A model generated the notes under the pieces. The model was not told where the DNA came from and made no database searches. It worked only from the letters and a program-made list of their open reading frames with translations. Source: Shigella phage ESh24. Taken from it: a stretch of DNA of 64,000 nt. The DNA lies in sequence record ON528734; one strand, given 5' to 3'. Position 1 is the first letter of the stretch. Each line of letters begins with the position of its first letter. Below are positions 61,366-64,000 of the stretch, one piece after another. The position numbers and the translations under genes were made by a program.

Positions 61366-61929
61366 ATGAGCTTATTTGAAGATGATATTCAATTAAACGA
61401 GCATCAAGTTGCTTGGTATTCTAAAGATTGGACAGCTGTCCAATCCGCTGCTGATTCTTTTAAAGAAAAAGCTGAAAATGAGTTTTTTGAAATAATTGGA
61501 GCTATTAATAATAAAACTAAATGCTCTATTGCTCAAAAAGATTATTCAAAATACATGGTTGAAAATGCATTATCACAATTTCCAGAGTGCATGCCAGCTG
61601 TATATGCTATGAATTTAATTGGATCAGGCTTAAGTGATGAAGCCCATTTTAATTATCTAATGGCTGCAGTTCCTCGTGGTAAAAGATATGGTAAATGGGC
61701 AAAACTAGTTGAAGATTCCACCGAAGTATTGATTATTAAGTTACTTGCTAAACGGTATCAAGTTAATACAAATGATGCAATTAACTATAAATCAATTCTT
61801 ACTAAAAATGGAAAACTTCCTTTAGTATTAAAAGAACTAAAAGGTTTAGTCACGGATGATTTTTTGAAAGAAGTGACTAAGAACGTAAAAGAACAGAAAC
61901 AACTCAAAAAACTAGCATTGGAATGGTAA
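61366..61929 (+). CDS. 62: clamp loader small subunit
   Basis: 187 aa from ATG 61366, [22 protein letters not shown]…; same length as T4 gp62. Confidence 0.9.
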   Translation: MSLFEDDIQLNEHQVAWYSKDWTAVQSAADSFKEKAENEFFEIIGAINNKTKCSIAQKDYSKYMVENALSQFPECMPAVYAMNLIGSGLSDEAHFNYLMAAVPRGKRYGKWAKLVEDSTEVLIIKLLAKRYQVNTNDAINYKSILTKNGKLPLVLKELKGLVTDDFLKEVTKNVKEQKQLKKLALEW

Positions 61930-61930
61930 A

Positions 61931-62299
61931 ATGATTGAAATTACTCTTAAAAAACCTGAAGATTTTCTGAAAGTAAAAGAAACTTTGACTCGTATGGGAA
62001 TTGCTAATAATAAAGATAAAGTTCTGTATCAGTCCTGTCATATTCTTCAGAAAAAAGGACTATACTATATCGTTCATTTTAAAGAAATGCTTCGTATGGA
62101 TGGCCGTCAAGTTGAAATGACAGAAGAAGATGAAGTTCGTCGTGATTCGATTGCATGGCTGTTAGAAGATTGGGGGCTGATTGAAATCGTTCCTGGACAA
62201 AGAACTTTTATGAAAGATTTAACTAATAACTTCCGAGTTATTTCTTTTAAACAAAAACATGAATGGAAACTCGTTCCTAAATATACGATTGGTAATTAA
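61931..62299 (+). CDS. regA: translational repressor RegA
   Basis: 122 aa, MIEITLKKPEDFLKVKETLTRMGIANNKDKVLYQSCHILQKKGLYYIVHFKEM…. Confidence 0.95.
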   Translation: MIEITLKKPEDFLKVKETLTRMGIANNKDKVLYQSCHILQKKGLYYIVHFKEMLRMDGRQVEMTEEDEVRRDSIAWLLEDWGLIEIVPGQRTFMKDLTNNFRVISFKQKHEWKLVPKYTIGN

Positions 62300-62317
62300 G
62301 CAAGGGGCTTCGGCCCC
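62300..62317 (+). terminator. GC hairpin between regA and 43
   Basis: aagggg-cttcg-gccccctt-type stem-loop (aaggggcttcggcccctt). Confidence 0.5.
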
Positions 62318-62377
62318 TTATTTGGAGTATAATATATCAAGAGCCTAATAACTCGGGCTATAAACTAAGGAATATCT

Positions 62378-64000
62378 ATGAAAGAATTTTATATCTCTAT
62401 CGAAACAGTCGGAAATAACATTGTTGAACGTTATATTGATGAAAACGGAAAGGAACGTACTCGTGAAGTAGAATATCTTCCAACTATGTTTAGGCATTGT
62501 AAGGAAGAGTCAAAGTACAAAGACATCTATGGCAAAAATTGTGCTCCTCAAAAATTTCCATCAATGAAAGATGCTCGAGATTGGATGAAACGAATGGAAG
62601 ACATCGGTCTCGAAGCTCTCGGTATGAACGATTTTAAACTCGCTTATATCAGTGATACATACGGTTCAGAAATTGTTTATGACCGAAAATTTGTTCGTGT
62701 AGCTAACTGTGACATTGAGGTTACTGGCGATAAATTTCCTGACCCAATGAAAGCTGAATATGAAATTGATGCTATTACTCATTACGATTCAATTGATGAT
62801 CGTTTTTATGTTTTCGACCTTTTGAATTCAATGTATGGTTCAGTATCAAAATGGGATGCAAAGTTAGCTGCTAAGCTTGACTGTGAAGGTGGTGATGAAG
62901 TTCCTCAAGAAATTCTTGACCGAGTAATTTATATGCCATTCGATAATGAGCGTGATATGCTCATGGAATATATCAATCTCTGGGAACAGAAACGACCTGC
63001 TATTTTTACTGGTTGGAATATTGAGGGATTTGACGTTCCGTATATCATGAATCGCGTTAAAATGGTTCTCGGTGAACGTAGTATGAAACGCTTCTCTCCA
63101 ATCGGTCGAGTAAAATCTAAACTTATCCAAAATATGTACGGTAGCAAAGAAATTTATTCTATTGATGGCGTATCTGTTCTTGATTATTTAGATTTGTATA
63201 AGAAATTCGCATTTACTAATTTGCCGTCATTCTCTTTGGAATCAGTTGCTCAACATGAAACCAAAAAAGGTAAATTACCATACGATGGTCCTATTAATAA
63301 ACTTCGTGAGACTAATCATCAACGATATATCAGTTATAACATCATTGACGTAGAATCAGTTCAAGCAATTGATAAAATTCGCGGGTTTATCGATCTAGTT
63401 TTAAGTATGTCTTATTACGCTAAAATGCCTTTTTCCGGTGTAATGAGTCCTATTAAAACCTGGGATGCTATTATTTTTAACTCATTGAAAGGTGAACATA
63501 AGGTTATTCCTCAACAAGGTTCGCATGTTAAACAGAGTTTTCCGGGTGCATTTGTGTTTGAACCTAAACCAATTGCTCGTCGATATATTATGAGTTTTGA
63601 CTTGACGTCTCTGTATCCGAGCATTATTCGTCAGGTTAACATTAGTCCTGAGACTATTCGTGGTCAGTTTAAAGTTCATCCAATTCATGAATATATTGCA
63701 GGAACAGCTCCTAAACCGAGTGATGAATATTCTTGTTCTCCGAATGGATGGATGTATGATAAGCATCAAGAAGGTATCATTCCAAAGGAAATCGCTAAAG
63801 TATTTTTCCAGCGTAAAGACTGGAAAAAGAAAATGTTCGCTGAAGAAATGAATGCCGAAGCTATTAAAAAGATTATTATGAAAGGCGCAGGATCTTGTTC
63901 AACTAAACCAGAAGTTGAACGATATGTTAAGTTCAGTGATGATTTCTTAAATGAACTATCGAATTATACTGAATCTGTTCTCAATAGTTTGATTGAAGAG
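62378..64000 (+). CDS. 43: DNA polymerase (family B), N-terminal ~540 aa; 3' end beyond window
   Basis: MKEFYISIETVGNNIVERYIDENGKERTREVEYLPTMF…; exonuclease motif region FDIEV-like (ANCDIEVTG); open to window end. Confidence 0.95.
   Translation, partial: MKEFYISIETVGNNIVERYIDENGKERTREVEYLPTMFRHCKEESKYKDIYGKNCAPQKFPSMKDARDWMKRMEDIGLEALGMNDFKLAYISDTYGSEIVYDRKFVRVANCDIEVTGDKFPDPMKAEYEIDAITHYDSIDDRFYVFDLLNSMYGSVSKWDAKLAAKLDCEGGDEVPQEILDRVIYMPFDNERDMLMEYINLWEQKRPAIFTGWNIEGFDVPYIMNRVKMVLGERSMKRFSPIGRVKSKLIQNMYGSKEIYSIDGVSVLDYLDLYKKFAFTNLPSFSLESVAQHETKKGKLPYDGPINKLRETNHQRYISYNIIDVESVQAIDKIRGFIDLVLSMSYYAKMPFSGVMSPIKTWDAIIFNSLKGEHKVIPQQGSHVKQSFPGAFVFEPKPIARRYIMSFDLTSLYPSIIRQVNISPETIRGQFKVHPIHEYIAGTAPKPSDEYSCSPNGWMYDKHQEGIIPKEIAKVFFQRKDWKKKMFAEEMNAEAIKKIIMKGAGSCSTKPEVERYVKFSDDFLNELSNYTESVLNSLIEE

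Overview
This window is a T-even (T4-like) myovirus genome segment, collinear with the T4 wac-to-gene-43 interval but read in reverse orientation. Positions 1-15304 are late baseplate/tail genes on the minus strand (wac, 12, 11, 10, 9, 8, 7, 6, 5.4, 5, 53). From 15352 onward almost everything is on the plus strand: 4, 2, 3, 1, 57A, 57B, a nine-gene tRNA cluster interrupted by a GIY-YIG endonuclease (segB), lysozyme e, internal-protein genes, regB, tk, rI, nrdC, 49, nrdD, nrdG, 55, a-gt, 47, 46, rpbA, 45, 44, 62, regA and the start of 43. Gene names are assigned from protein sequences I recognise and from synteny; no database search was possible. Between the recognisable core genes lie several blocks of small uncharacterised ORFs. 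The most notable features are four proteins carrying the T4 capsid-targeting N-terminus (MKTYxEF...E), one more than T4 has, two of them sitting in repeat-bounded cassettes. Others are a macro-domain protein, a nucleotidyltransferase-fold protein, a P-loop NTPase where T4 has denV, several tandem paralogue families, and a frameshifted seg-like endonuclease between rpbA and 45. I cannot tell from sequence alone which of these small ORFs have T4 homologues, so novelty claims are hypotheses that need a homology search.
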